64,000 nt of DNA from Leptospirillum sp. Lineage in GTDB: Bacteria; Nitrospirota; Leptospirillia; Leptospirillales; Leptospirillaceae. The notes beneath the pieces are model-generated. The model saw only the letters and a program-made list of their open reading frames with translations. It was not told the origin of the DNA and ran no database searches. The stretch covers positions 1,167 to 65,166 of the forward strand of contig DAIEST010000174.1 in the NCBI GenBank assembly GCA_027346125.1, given 5' to 3'. Below are positions 32,531 to 39,553 of the stretch, piece by piece (within the stretch, counting starts at the first letter, position 1; each line of letters opens with the position of its first letter). A program made the translations under genes and the position numbers.

Positions 32531-33622
32531 TCAACAGAAATCGACCAAAGTATTTTCCGAAAACGAATTTTTTCTTCGCGTTTTTCCGTCCGATGTGGTC
32601 GGTCTCACAAAAATTTTATTCTCCTCTTCGGCTATCTTCAAGGCTTTGATCATATGCTTTCGAAGAAAAATTGTCTCATCTTCCACATATTGTTGAATGG
32701 TTCTAGAAGGGACACAAGTACATCCACCAAATTTTTGTAAGATATCGGATTGCAGACTTCTGATCTTTTGTTCAAGGTCGAAATCTCGAAAGATCGACTG
32801 TTTTCTATGGGAAGCATCGGAAAAAGAAAAGTCTCCATTTTCGTCGATTCTCCACATGGCCTCTTTCATCTTTATGTGACCTAATCTGTGGTTGCTGGCA
32901 AAAAAAAGAAAAAATTGTGTACGATCTTGTTTGTTTTTCATCTCAAAAGGAAGAACAAATTTGGCTACACCTCTTAAACGGTCTTCATACATATTTCTCA
33001 AAGAAATTACTCGATTTTCAGAATGAATGATCGAATGAGTATCGTCAGATCCCAATAATGCATAAATATGAGAACGAATTCCATCTTCGGGATGTTCAAG
33101 CCATCGATTGATGGAGTCAACCATGAAGTTAATGAAAACTTCACATCTTTCAAAAGAAAGGAGTCTTTGAATGAGGCTGAAAGGAACATCCTTGAATCCG
33201 AAAGGGTCTATAAAGGCAAATATAGGGGACGGTGTGAAACTATTTCTTTCGAGATAATCCAAAATTGAAGATAGAATATTGGCAAAGCTTTCATTTTTGA
33301 TCGATATTTCAAAGGAGGGCGGAAATTTTAATTCAGCGATCTCATTCTTGAGATATTGGAATCTTTCTTTATTTTCTTCGACGAATTGGAATAAAATTTT
33401 CGACGAGATACCGGATTTAATTGCGATATCCAGTGCAATCAAGGGAGAGCCGGGTTCGCCATGGAGATATCTTCCAGGCCCCCCAAATCCATCAATAAAC
33501 CCAACCTTCAGGTTGTTCCTTCCTAAGATCTGAAACCAGGCCTTCAGGTATTCAGAGAGAATGGCATGTTTTGCTTTGGTGTGAGGCTCTATCTCCCATA
33601 AAGGAGGGGAAGGAGTGGGCAT
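32531..33622 (-). CDS. tcmP: Three-Cys-motif partner protein TcmP-like
   Basis: ORF 32531..33667 trimmed to ATG 33622, 6 nt after AAGGAG. LWEIEPHTKAKHAILSEYLKAW and FIDGFGGPGRY. The stop is 18 nt before the DUF5131 start. Confidence 0.78.
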   Translation of the reverse strand: MPTPSPPLWEIEPHTKAKHAILSEYLKAWFQILGRNNLKVGFIDGFGGPGRYLHGEPGSPLIALDIAIKSGISSKILFQFVEENKERFQYLKNEIAELKFPPSFEISIKNESFANILSSILDYLERNSFTPSPIFAFIDPFGFKDVPFSLIQRLLSFERCEVFINFMVDSINRWLEHPEDGIRSHIYALLGSDDTHSIIHSENRVISLRNMYEDRLRGVAKFVLPFEMKNKQDRTQFFLFFASNHRLGHIKMKEAMWRIDENGDFSFSDASHRKQSIFRDFDLEQKIRSLQSDILQKFGGCTCVPSRTIQQYVEDETIFLRKHMIKALKIAEEENKIFVRPTTSDGKTRRKNSFSENTLVDFC

Positions 33623-33673
33623 AGAGAACTCCTTTCGATGGATTGATTCCATACCAAAATCGATCATGGATTT

Positions 33674-33772
33674 TCATGCGATCCAAACCAGTGCTGCATG
33701 TTCGAAGCCCGCTTGTTCAAGTCCCAAAGGCTGCCCACCGGCTCCCGTACAGATTTCAAGTGAAGAGAACAT
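33674..33772 (-). pseudogene. 5' remnant of a DNA (cytosine-5) methyltransferase gene
   Basis: MFSSLEICTGAGGQPLGLEQAGFEHAALV matches C5-MTase motif I (F-x-G-x-G-G ... GLEQAGF). The frame stops after 32 codons with no continuation in other frames. Confidence 0.5.
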
Positions 33773-33818
33773 TGTTTCTTCAGTATTAAAAATATAATAA
33801 ATATTATTAATTAAGACA

Positions 33819-34475
33819 TTAAAATCCGTAAGGGGCAGCGTATATCCGAATACCAATTGCAGATTGATATTCGTTCCGTATATTTATAAATGGAATCTTT
33901 TGAAGACTTTGATTGTAAGGCCATGGGTCTCTAATGAAAAGGTACTCAATATAAGGTATCCCCCCCTTCATCTTATAAACGGCGTTATAAACGGCGCCAG
34001 TAATCACTACTGCATGTCCTATCGTTGAGTTTGCCGGTTTCAATCCCAAGATAACAGGAACATTATTTTGTAAATCAATAAGAACTTGGCGCCAGGATGG
34101 CTCTTGATATGAATGGATTAAGATCGGTTTTCTATCATTGTTCCACCGCCATTTATTTAGAACAAATGCTATTTGGTTTGGAAAGCCAGGCAAATTTGCT
34201 AGGGTTCCAAATGTTTCGTAGACAATCTGAGATTGTTTAATAGGGATATGTAAAAGATTTAAGGAAACTTGAATAGAAGCTGCCCAACACCAATTCGATT
34301 CGAGTTGGCGTCCAAGATCAGATGGATGAGCCCAATAATTTACATAATCAGAAGTGAAACCAACAAAATATTCATTGTAGCTTACAGGCTTAATGATTGC
34401 CCAAGCATTCTTTGGGAAAAAGGAAAGAGTGGAGAAAAGGAGAATTATAAGAAGGGTCCGAATAACTTGTTGCAT
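33819..34475 (-). CDS. Secreted papain-like cysteine peptidase
   Basis: 218 aa. Signal peptide ending AWA. Catalytic-type Cys in SNWCWAASIQ and His in IGHAVVITG, followed by IRDPWP. Confidence 0.65.
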   Translation of the reverse strand: MQQVIRTLLIILLFSTLSFFPKNAWAIIKPVSYNEYFVGFTSDYVNYWAHPSDLGRQLESNWCWAASIQVSLNLLHIPIKQSQIVYETFGTLANLPGFPNQIAFVLNKWRWNNDRKPILIHSYQEPSWRQVLIDLQNNVPVILGLKPANSTIGHAVVITGAVYNAVYKMKGGIPYIEYLFIRDPWPYNQSLQKIPFINIRNEYQSAIGIRIYAAPYGF

Positions 34476-34725
34476 TAAAGCCTCCTTTTTGATGGGAACT
34501 TAACTTCAATTCCTCCCGGGTCTCAGCATCGGCTGCATCGATCCATCTGTCGCTCCGGTAGCATACCCCAGGATCCTCGCGATCCAGTATTTCCTTTAGA
34601 GGGATGGAAGCGGGTGGACCATCTCGGTGAGCTTCTCCGCAAGATCCTCCCTGGAGAACCGGTTTTGGGGCGAACGGGATCCGTCATTAGGTCGACCAAT
34701 TTCCGAAAGGAAAATTCGCTTGGGG

Positions 34726-35406
34726 TCACTTTTTCTGTTTTGGAAGAAGTGTTATGTCCCAAATATTTCTAAAAAGTCCATCAATATGTTCAAAAAGATC
34801 TGGTTTGATAGGGGCGCCCATCGGATCAAGAATGAAATGGATTCCTTCTCTACGAGCAAGCTTAGCCGCCGGAACAAAATCGCTATCCCCAGAGATCAGA
34901 ATAATCTGGTCGACAAGTTTTTTGAGAGTTAGAGAAGCAATATCCAGGCCGATCTTCATATCGACCCCTTTTTGGCGAAAATCCAAAACCACATCGTCTT
35001 CTGTTAGTTGATCGAATGTAATTTTATGACTGAAAAGTTCTTTCAGCTTTTGGGATTTAATAGTCCATTGAGGGTTTTCTCCATCAAGCGATCCTCGTCT
35101 GATGGCAAGATTAACGCTATTCAAGAGATGTTGGTGAAATTGGGTGCGAAAAATGTAAAGTTCACTTTTTGAAAGATCTATGGATTGCTTGTTAATGGGG
35201 TTATGAAATTTTTTATTGAGGGGAGGGCAATCGTAATAAAGAATTCGATAGATATCTTTAGGATTTTCGTGATTGACATATTTGGTAAGCAGAGAGTCGC
35301 ATCCTCGGACTAAAATAGAGGCTGTCTGCTCGGGGGTAAGAGGACCACAGATTTTCCGGATTCTTTTAAGGAAGAATGCCCCATCCACAAGAATTGCGGC
35401 GCGCAT
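34726..35406 (-). CDS. NYN-domain (LabA-like PIN-fold) nuclease
   Basis: 226 aa from the ATG at 35406 (GGAG 7 nt upstream). AAILVDGAFF, QKGVDMKIGLDI and ILISGDSDFVPAAKLAR are NYN hallmarks. Confidence 0.78.
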   Translation of the reverse strand: MRAAILVDGAFFLKRIRKICGPLTPEQTASILVRGCDSLLTKYVNHENPKDIYRILYYDCPPLNKKFHNPINKQSIDLSKSELYIFRTQFHQHLLNSVNLAIRRGSLDGENPQWTIKSQKLKELFSHKITFDQLTEDDVVLDFRQKGVDMKIGLDIASLTLKKLVDQIILISGDSDFVPAAKLARREGIHFILDPMGAPIKPDLFEHIDGLFRNIWDITLLPKQKK

Positions 35407-35426
35407 CACAAATCTCCGGACATAAT

Positions 35427-35483
35427 AAAAAAACCTCCGGTTTCGGCCTCTCCCGGATGTTGGGAGAACTTACTAACGGAGGT
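35427..35483 (-). terminator. Possible terminator/attenuator in the NYN leader
   Basis: The minus strand reads ACCTCCG...(inner CTCCC-aacatcc-GGGAG hairpin)...CGGAGGT followed by TTTTTTT, ending about 20 nt before the NYN start. Confidence 0.3.
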
Positions 35484-35647
35484 GAATGGAATTAGGGTAT
35501 CTCGATTGATGGAAGTTGTCAAGGTTCCTCCTCCTCATGGTTCCAGTCTTTCGTTCTACCAGTTTGGCGGCTTAGAATTCTCCGTTATGGTGGGGTGCGT
35601 CTTCTAGTTTAGTCACTAAGAAAAACGTGCTCCGCTTTTACCCTTTT

Positions 35648-35887
35648 TTACTTTCCTACTTTTTCTTGATCCACCCAATGATCAATCTCTTTTTTGATCT
35701 CGTCATCATAAAAGCCGTTCTCAATATTTGATTTCACAGCAATGCCGGCAGAAAGACGGTCATTGACCAGGAGCAGACAGGATTCGAAAATACGACAAAA
35801 CGTGTAGCTATTCATGGTCATCGGTTTGATGCCGGACAATTCAAGAACAGAATTGAGACGATTTAACAAAGTAACAATGATTTCCAA
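35648..35887 (-). CDS. Hypothetical protein
   Basis: 79-aa ORF in AT-rich DNA, on the same strand as cI. Confidence 0.4.
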   Translation of the reverse strand: MEIIVTLLNRLNSVLELSGIKPMTMNSYTFCRIFESCLLLVNDRLSAGIAVKSNIENGFYDDEIKKEIDHWVDQEKVGK

Positions 35888-35943
35888 TGGCCCCCCTTAT
35901 TTCGCGCTTTGGTGAGGAGGAATTTCGATTTTCCCCCACGCTG

Positions 35944-36249
35944 CTATTGCTTCAGCCTCGGGTCGTCCGATGCGATGCAAAGGGCATCCATACTTCGGAC
36001 CGTCTCAGTGGTAGCCAATTTTTTTGCACCCGGAGACAATCTTGGTGAGTGTTCCTCTCTTTGGTTAAATTCGACGTTTTTTTCTCCTTGATTCTCACAC
36101 TCTTTGGCAGTATCGCCGCTCCCTACCTGGCTCCATTGGGCTATTGGGGTCTTAGTGAAAGTGAGAATATCGCTTGCAGGGGGCTCCATCAAATACCATC
36201 CGCATAAAAGTATTCCCGAGAAAATTTCAAGAAATCTTCTTTTCGACAT
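35944..36249 (-). CDS. Small exported or membrane-anchored protein
   Basis: 101 aa. N-terminal hydrophobic segment FLEIFSGILLCGWYLM, immediately downstream of cI. Confidence 0.45.
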   Translation of the reverse strand: MSKRRFLEIFSGILLCGWYLMEPPASDILTFTKTPIAQWSQVGSGDTAKECENQGEKNVEFNQREEHSPRLSPGAKKLATTETVRSMDALCIASDDPRLKQ

Positions 36250-36308
36250 TCATTTCACCTCCCTCCCCACCCAACGCACTGTTCCACAGATAGTGAAATT
36301 TTTAGTCA

Positions 36309-37034
36309 CTAAACCTCCCCTTCTCTCTGAACAACTTTCCCCACGATATTCAGATGTGCTGCTTCCTCCGGTGAATAGTATTCGTCCGGGTAACTAGCCT
36401 TATCGGGGTTGTCGGAAGAAATCTTTATTCTTCCGTCTGCCGTCCGGTGGACCCTCTTGGCCCGGAGGCCTTCGCCCGGGAAAAGTAGCACATACACTTT
36501 CCCGGACTGGAATTCCTTGTCGGCCATATTCACCAGAAGCACATCTCCGTCGCCGATCTTGGGTTCCATGGAATGCCCCGAGGCCTCGACGACGCAGAGA
36601 TCTTCCTCGCGCCAGCCGTTCTTTTTGATCCAGTCTTTCCGGAATGCATGGGTCTTGGAGATCTCGACGTGATCTCCGTTGTGATATCCACCTCCGGCCG
36701 AGATCTTGGCCTCGTACCGGGGGATGAAGGCGTATTTTTCGGTGGGGAAGGGGTTCTCTCCATGGATTTCCAAGGTGGGAGTCTTTGAATCACTCTTCGA
36801 AGCATCGGCTGGGTTGAATTGGATTTGAGGAAAATCCATCCATCCATTTTCTAGAGAAAAAGCCTCTTCAATTTTCCTTGCTGTTTTGTATCCCATCGGC
36901 CTTCTTCGCGAGACCAACTGATACATATATGCAGGGGAAACACCTACTCTTCTCCCCATTTCGGCTTGGCTATTACCACACCGTGTTTCAAGTAATTGCA
37001 TTAAGTTAGAATATCTTGTCTCCTTGATGTCCAT
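36309..37034 (-). CDS. cI: CI-like repressor (XRE HTH plus S24 LexA-like autopeptidase)
   Basis: ORF 36309..37169 trimmed to the ATG at 37034, because the longer form would overlap cro and the promoters. HTH NSQAEMGRRVGVSPAYMYQLVS. C-terminal SGHSMEP (Ser) and ...LRAKRV (Lys) of the S24 peptidase fold. Confidence 0.85.
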   Translation of the reverse strand: MDIKETRYSNLMQLLETRCGNSQAEMGRRVGVSPAYMYQLVSRRRPMGYKTARKIEEAFSLENGWMDFPQIQFNPADASKSDSKTPTLEIHGENPFPTEKYAFIPRYEAKISAGGGYHNGDHVEISKTHAFRKDWIKKNGWREEDLCVVEASGHSMEPKIGDGDVLLVNMADKEFQSGKVYVLLFPGEGLRAKRVHRTADGRIKISSDNPDKASYPDEYYSPEEAAHLNIVGKVVQREGEV

Positions 37035-37044
37035 CGGGGAATCG

Positions 37045-37112
37045 TAGCATCTTGCTAAATTTCTTGCATCTTCCTTTTTGCTATTGAAAACATAATAGCG
37101 TTTTGCTATATT
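37045..37112 (+). promoter_or_regulatory. OR-like operators and PR-like promoter
   Basis: TAGCAtctTGCTA (37045-37057) and TAGCGtttTGCTA (37096-37108). PR is TTGAAA (37084-37089), 17 nt, TATATT (37107-37112). 22 of 29 positions match the PL module by hand alignment. Confidence 0.55.
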
Positions 37113-37119
37113 CCCCTCC

Positions 37120-37338
37120 ATGAAACTCATAGAATACCTCCGAAAATTTGGGTCAAAAGAACTCGCCATAAAAGTAGGGACTTCTCGTGCCTACCTTTCT
37201 CAAATTGCCCATGCGCACCGTCAGGCTGGTCCTCAAATGGCACTCCGAATAGAAGAAGCCTCAGATGGATTGGTAACCGTATCCGAATTGCGACCAGATC
37301 TCTCTGCTCTTTTTGAGTCCGAGAAATCCGCCTCATGA
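37120..37338 (+). CDS. cro: Cro/YdaS-like HTH regulator
   Basis: 72 aa, divergent from cI. LAIKVGTSRAYLSQIAH......ALRIEEASDGLVTVSELRPDL matches the Cro/YdaS pattern. Confidence 0.75.
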   Translation: MKLIEYLRKFGSKELAIKVGTSRAYLSQIAHAHRQAGPQMALRIEEASDGLVTVSELRPDLSALFESEKSAS

Positions 37339-37407
37339 CCACGCTAAAGGGGTGTAGCAGGGAAGAAAAGGAAAAAGAGTTCGGGGGAATTTCAGGAGGA
37401 GGGAAAA

Positions 37408-37596
37408 ATGCTTGATTTTCAGAGCCATCAACAATCGTTCGAGGATTATGTGCTTTCCGTGGTGGGGAATTGCTTAGTCGAGGGAGTGAGAGGGGACATA
37501 GACGATCTGAAGGGCCTCGCGTCAGAAGTGACGGAAGCCCTTCTGGAGAGCCGGAAGATCCTTAATGCTTCGAGGGATTCTGATACATCTCGATGA
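37408..37596 (+). CDS. Hypothetical protein
   Basis: 62-aa ORF with a GGAGGAGGG SD. Confidence 0.4.
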   Translation: MLDFQSHQQSFEDYVLSVVGNCLVEGVRGDIDDLKGLASEVTEALLESRKILNASRDSDTSR

Positions 37597-37747
37597 GGCC
37601 CGAATAAAGACCGGCCACAAATTGTGATACGGCCTCTCCATCCTGCCTTCCCCCGATTGGTGAAATCTGGGAGAAGAGACCGGCGCGGATGATTTCGTGA
37701 AGAGTGTCGTGAGCAAGTTTTTGGATTGTTCCAGTGGTTTCATTCAC
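37562..37747 (-). CDS. Hypothetical small protein on the opposite strand of the early-right operon
   Basis: GTG 37747 lies 6 nt after a perfect AAGGAGG. The 61 aa (VNETTGTIQKLAHDTLHEIIRAGLF...) look protein-like. The 3' end overlaps ORF 37408..37596 by 35 nt. Confidence 0.35.
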   Translation of the reverse strand: MNETTGTIQKLAHDTLHEIIRAGLFSQISPIGGRQDGEAVSQFVAGLYSGLIEMYQNPSKH

Positions 37748-37772
37748 GAAGGACCTCCTTGATAAGGGGTAA

Positions 37773-38000
37773 GTGTTGGAAAACAGCCAAAACCAATCTA
37801 CCACAACCATGGAAGGTCCTTCGCCAATGAAAAACCCGGAGCCGATCGAAAACAGGGTGGGAGGGTGGCAGAAACCAACTCTCTCCATGAGAGACCTCCT
37901 GCAAGAATTCCGAGCCAAGGAAGGGGAAAGAGAAAGAGAAGATTTTGTGATCGAACTCATTACGGCCCTTATCGTAGCGAACTATCGGAAAACTTCATGA
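37773..38000 (+). CDS. Hypothetical protein
   Basis: 75-aa ORF with an ATGA overlap onto the next gene. Confidence 0.4.
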   Translation: MLENSQNQSTTTMEGPSPMKNPEPIENRVGGWQKPTLSMRDLLQEFRAKEGEREREDFVIELITALIVANYRKTS

Positions 38001-38236
38001 CCTCCGACCCGCTCTACCAAAAGAACCTGGAGCTGATCGAGGACCGCCTGGTCCAGTACGGCCCAAGGAAGAACCTTGCCCGCGAAGTCGGTGTCTCGGA
38101 CAGCCAATTGTCGAAGCTCCTGAACGGGGATCTCCGGCAATACGCCCGGATTCTCGCTGCGCTCAAACTCGAAATCGCCCCCCAGGAATATCTCAAGGCC
38201 CTCAAAACCATCGTGCAGAAGGAGATCCGGCCATGA
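37997..38236 (+). CDS. Small HTH protein (CII-like position)
   Basis: ORF 37865..38236 trimmed to ATG 37997. LAREVGVSDSQLSKLLNG is an HTH-like segment. Confidence 0.45.
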   Translation: MTSDPLYQKNLELIEDRLVQYGPRKNLAREVGVSDSQLSKLLNGDLRQYARILAALKLEIAPQEYLKALKTIVQKEIRP

Positions 38237-38655
38237 TCCGTATTTTCGTCCCTGGACAGCCGGTCGCAAAAGGTCGACCCCGCTTCACCAAAGCAGGTCA
38301 TTGTTTTACGCCAAAGAAAACTTCCGATTACGAAGGCAAGATGGCTCTTTTCGGGAGTCAGGCCATGACCGGAAAGCCTCCCCTCGAATCCCCCCTCCAC
38401 GTCGACCTGCTGATTATCCTTCCGATTCCTTCTTCCTGGTCCCGACGCAAGAAATCCGAGGCTTTGGGCTGCAGGCTTCTGCCGGCAGGCAGAAAGGACC
38501 TCGACAACTTCGTGAAGACGCTCGACGGGCTGAACGGAATCGTCTGGAAGGATGACGGCCAGATCTGCTCGCTCAACGCCCGGAAGGTCTACGGGGAGAT
38601 CCCGGGGCTTCATATCGTCATTCAGGAAATGGATTCATGCCAGGCAGCCGGGTGA
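38233..38655 (+). CDS. rusA: RusA-family Holliday junction resolvase
   Basis: 140 aa. VPGQPVAKGRPRF and RKDLDNFVKTLDGLNGIVWKDDGQI match the RusA catalytic Asp blocks. Confidence 0.85.
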   Translation: MIRIFVPGQPVAKGRPRFTKAGHCFTPKKTSDYEGKMALFGSQAMTGKPPLESPLHVDLLIILPIPSSWSRRKKSEALGCRLLPAGRKDLDNFVKTLDGLNGIVWKDDGQICSLNARKVYGEIPGLHIVIQEMDSCQAAG

Positions 38656-38743
38656 TGCCCGTACAGCGTCCGATGCAAAAGCCTTTCCGTGACTCTCGCA
38701 CGGAAGGGGCCCGGCTTCTTTTCTCACGAGAGGAGATTCAGAA

Positions 38744-39553
38744 ATGAGAGCACGGAACCTTAAGCCCGGATTTTTCAAGAACGAGGATCTTGCGGAATTG
38801 CCCTTTGAAGGTCGACTCCTTTTTGCCGGATTATGGTGTCTTGCAGACAGGGAAGGACGCCTCGAGGACCGTCCCAAGCGGATCAAGGCTGAGATTTTCG
38901 CATTTGACTCGGTGGACGTGGATAAACTCTTGTCCCAGCTTGCGTCTTTCGGATTCATCCTCAGGTATGAAGTCCAGGGTTCAAGGTTCATCGAAATACC
39001 TTCCTTCCTCCTCCATCAGAATCCTCATTGGAAGGAAAACCCCAGTATCATCCCCCCTTCATTGACCCAAAAACCCAAGGCTTCGCATTCATTCATAGAT
39101 GATGAAACCCAGGGTTTTAGGTCCGATGATAGACCAAAAAACCCTGGACAAGCCCAAGGCAAGTCTAGGGTTTCACCTTCTATGAATGAGGGTAAAACCG
39201 GGCTGAATCCCCATTCTCTGAATCCTGAATCCAGTAATACCCCCCCTACCCCCCTACCCCAATCCGTCGATCAACCGGGGAAGAATCCGGCGCAACAGTA
39301 CGCGCCTGAGTTCGAGGCCTTTTGGAGGGAATATCCGCGAAAGATCGGGAAAGGGGCAGCCTACAAATCGTGGGGAAAGCTCAAGCCTCCGCTCAGGGAC
39401 TGTCTCTTGGCGCTCAAATGGCAGAAGAAATCGGACCAGTGGACGAAAGATCAAGGCCGGTTCATCCCTCATCCGGCCACTTGGCTCAATCAGCGCCGGT
39501 GGGAAGATGAAAAACCCATAGACCCGCTCGATGCCTGGGCGATGGAGGGGTAA
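38744..39553 (+). CDS. Putative phage replication initiation/organiser protein
   Basis: 269 aa. LKPGFFKNEDLAEL...RLLFAGLWCLADREGRLEDRP and C-terminal FEAFWREYPRKIGKGAAYKSW...HPATWLNQRRWEDE, as remembered from phage replication-module proteins. Confidence 0.5.
   Translation: MRARNLKPGFFKNEDLAELPFEGRLLFAGLWCLADREGRLEDRPKRIKAEIFAFDSVDVDKLLSQLASFGFILRYEVQGSRFIEIPSFLLHQNPHWKENPSIIPPSLTQKPKASHSFIDDETQGFRSDDRPKNPGQAQGKSRVSPSMNEGKTGLNPHSLNPESSNTPPTPLPQSVDQPGKNPAQQYAPEFEAFWREYPRKIGKGAAYKSWGKLKPPLRDCLLALKWQKKSDQWTKDQGRFIPHPATWLNQRRWEDEKPIDPLDAWAMEG

Noticed and set aside
34523-34762. 79-aa ORF between the peptidase and NYN genes.
   Set aside because: The translation is Arg/Ser/Pro/Gly-rich, there is no SD, and it overlaps the NYN 3' end. 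I treat it as part of the GC-rich non-coding patch.
36309-37169. Full-length 286-aa version of the repressor ORF starting at 37169.
   Set aside because: It would overlap the cro coding start and run through both predicted promoters and operators. The HTH domain is complete from the ATG at 37034.
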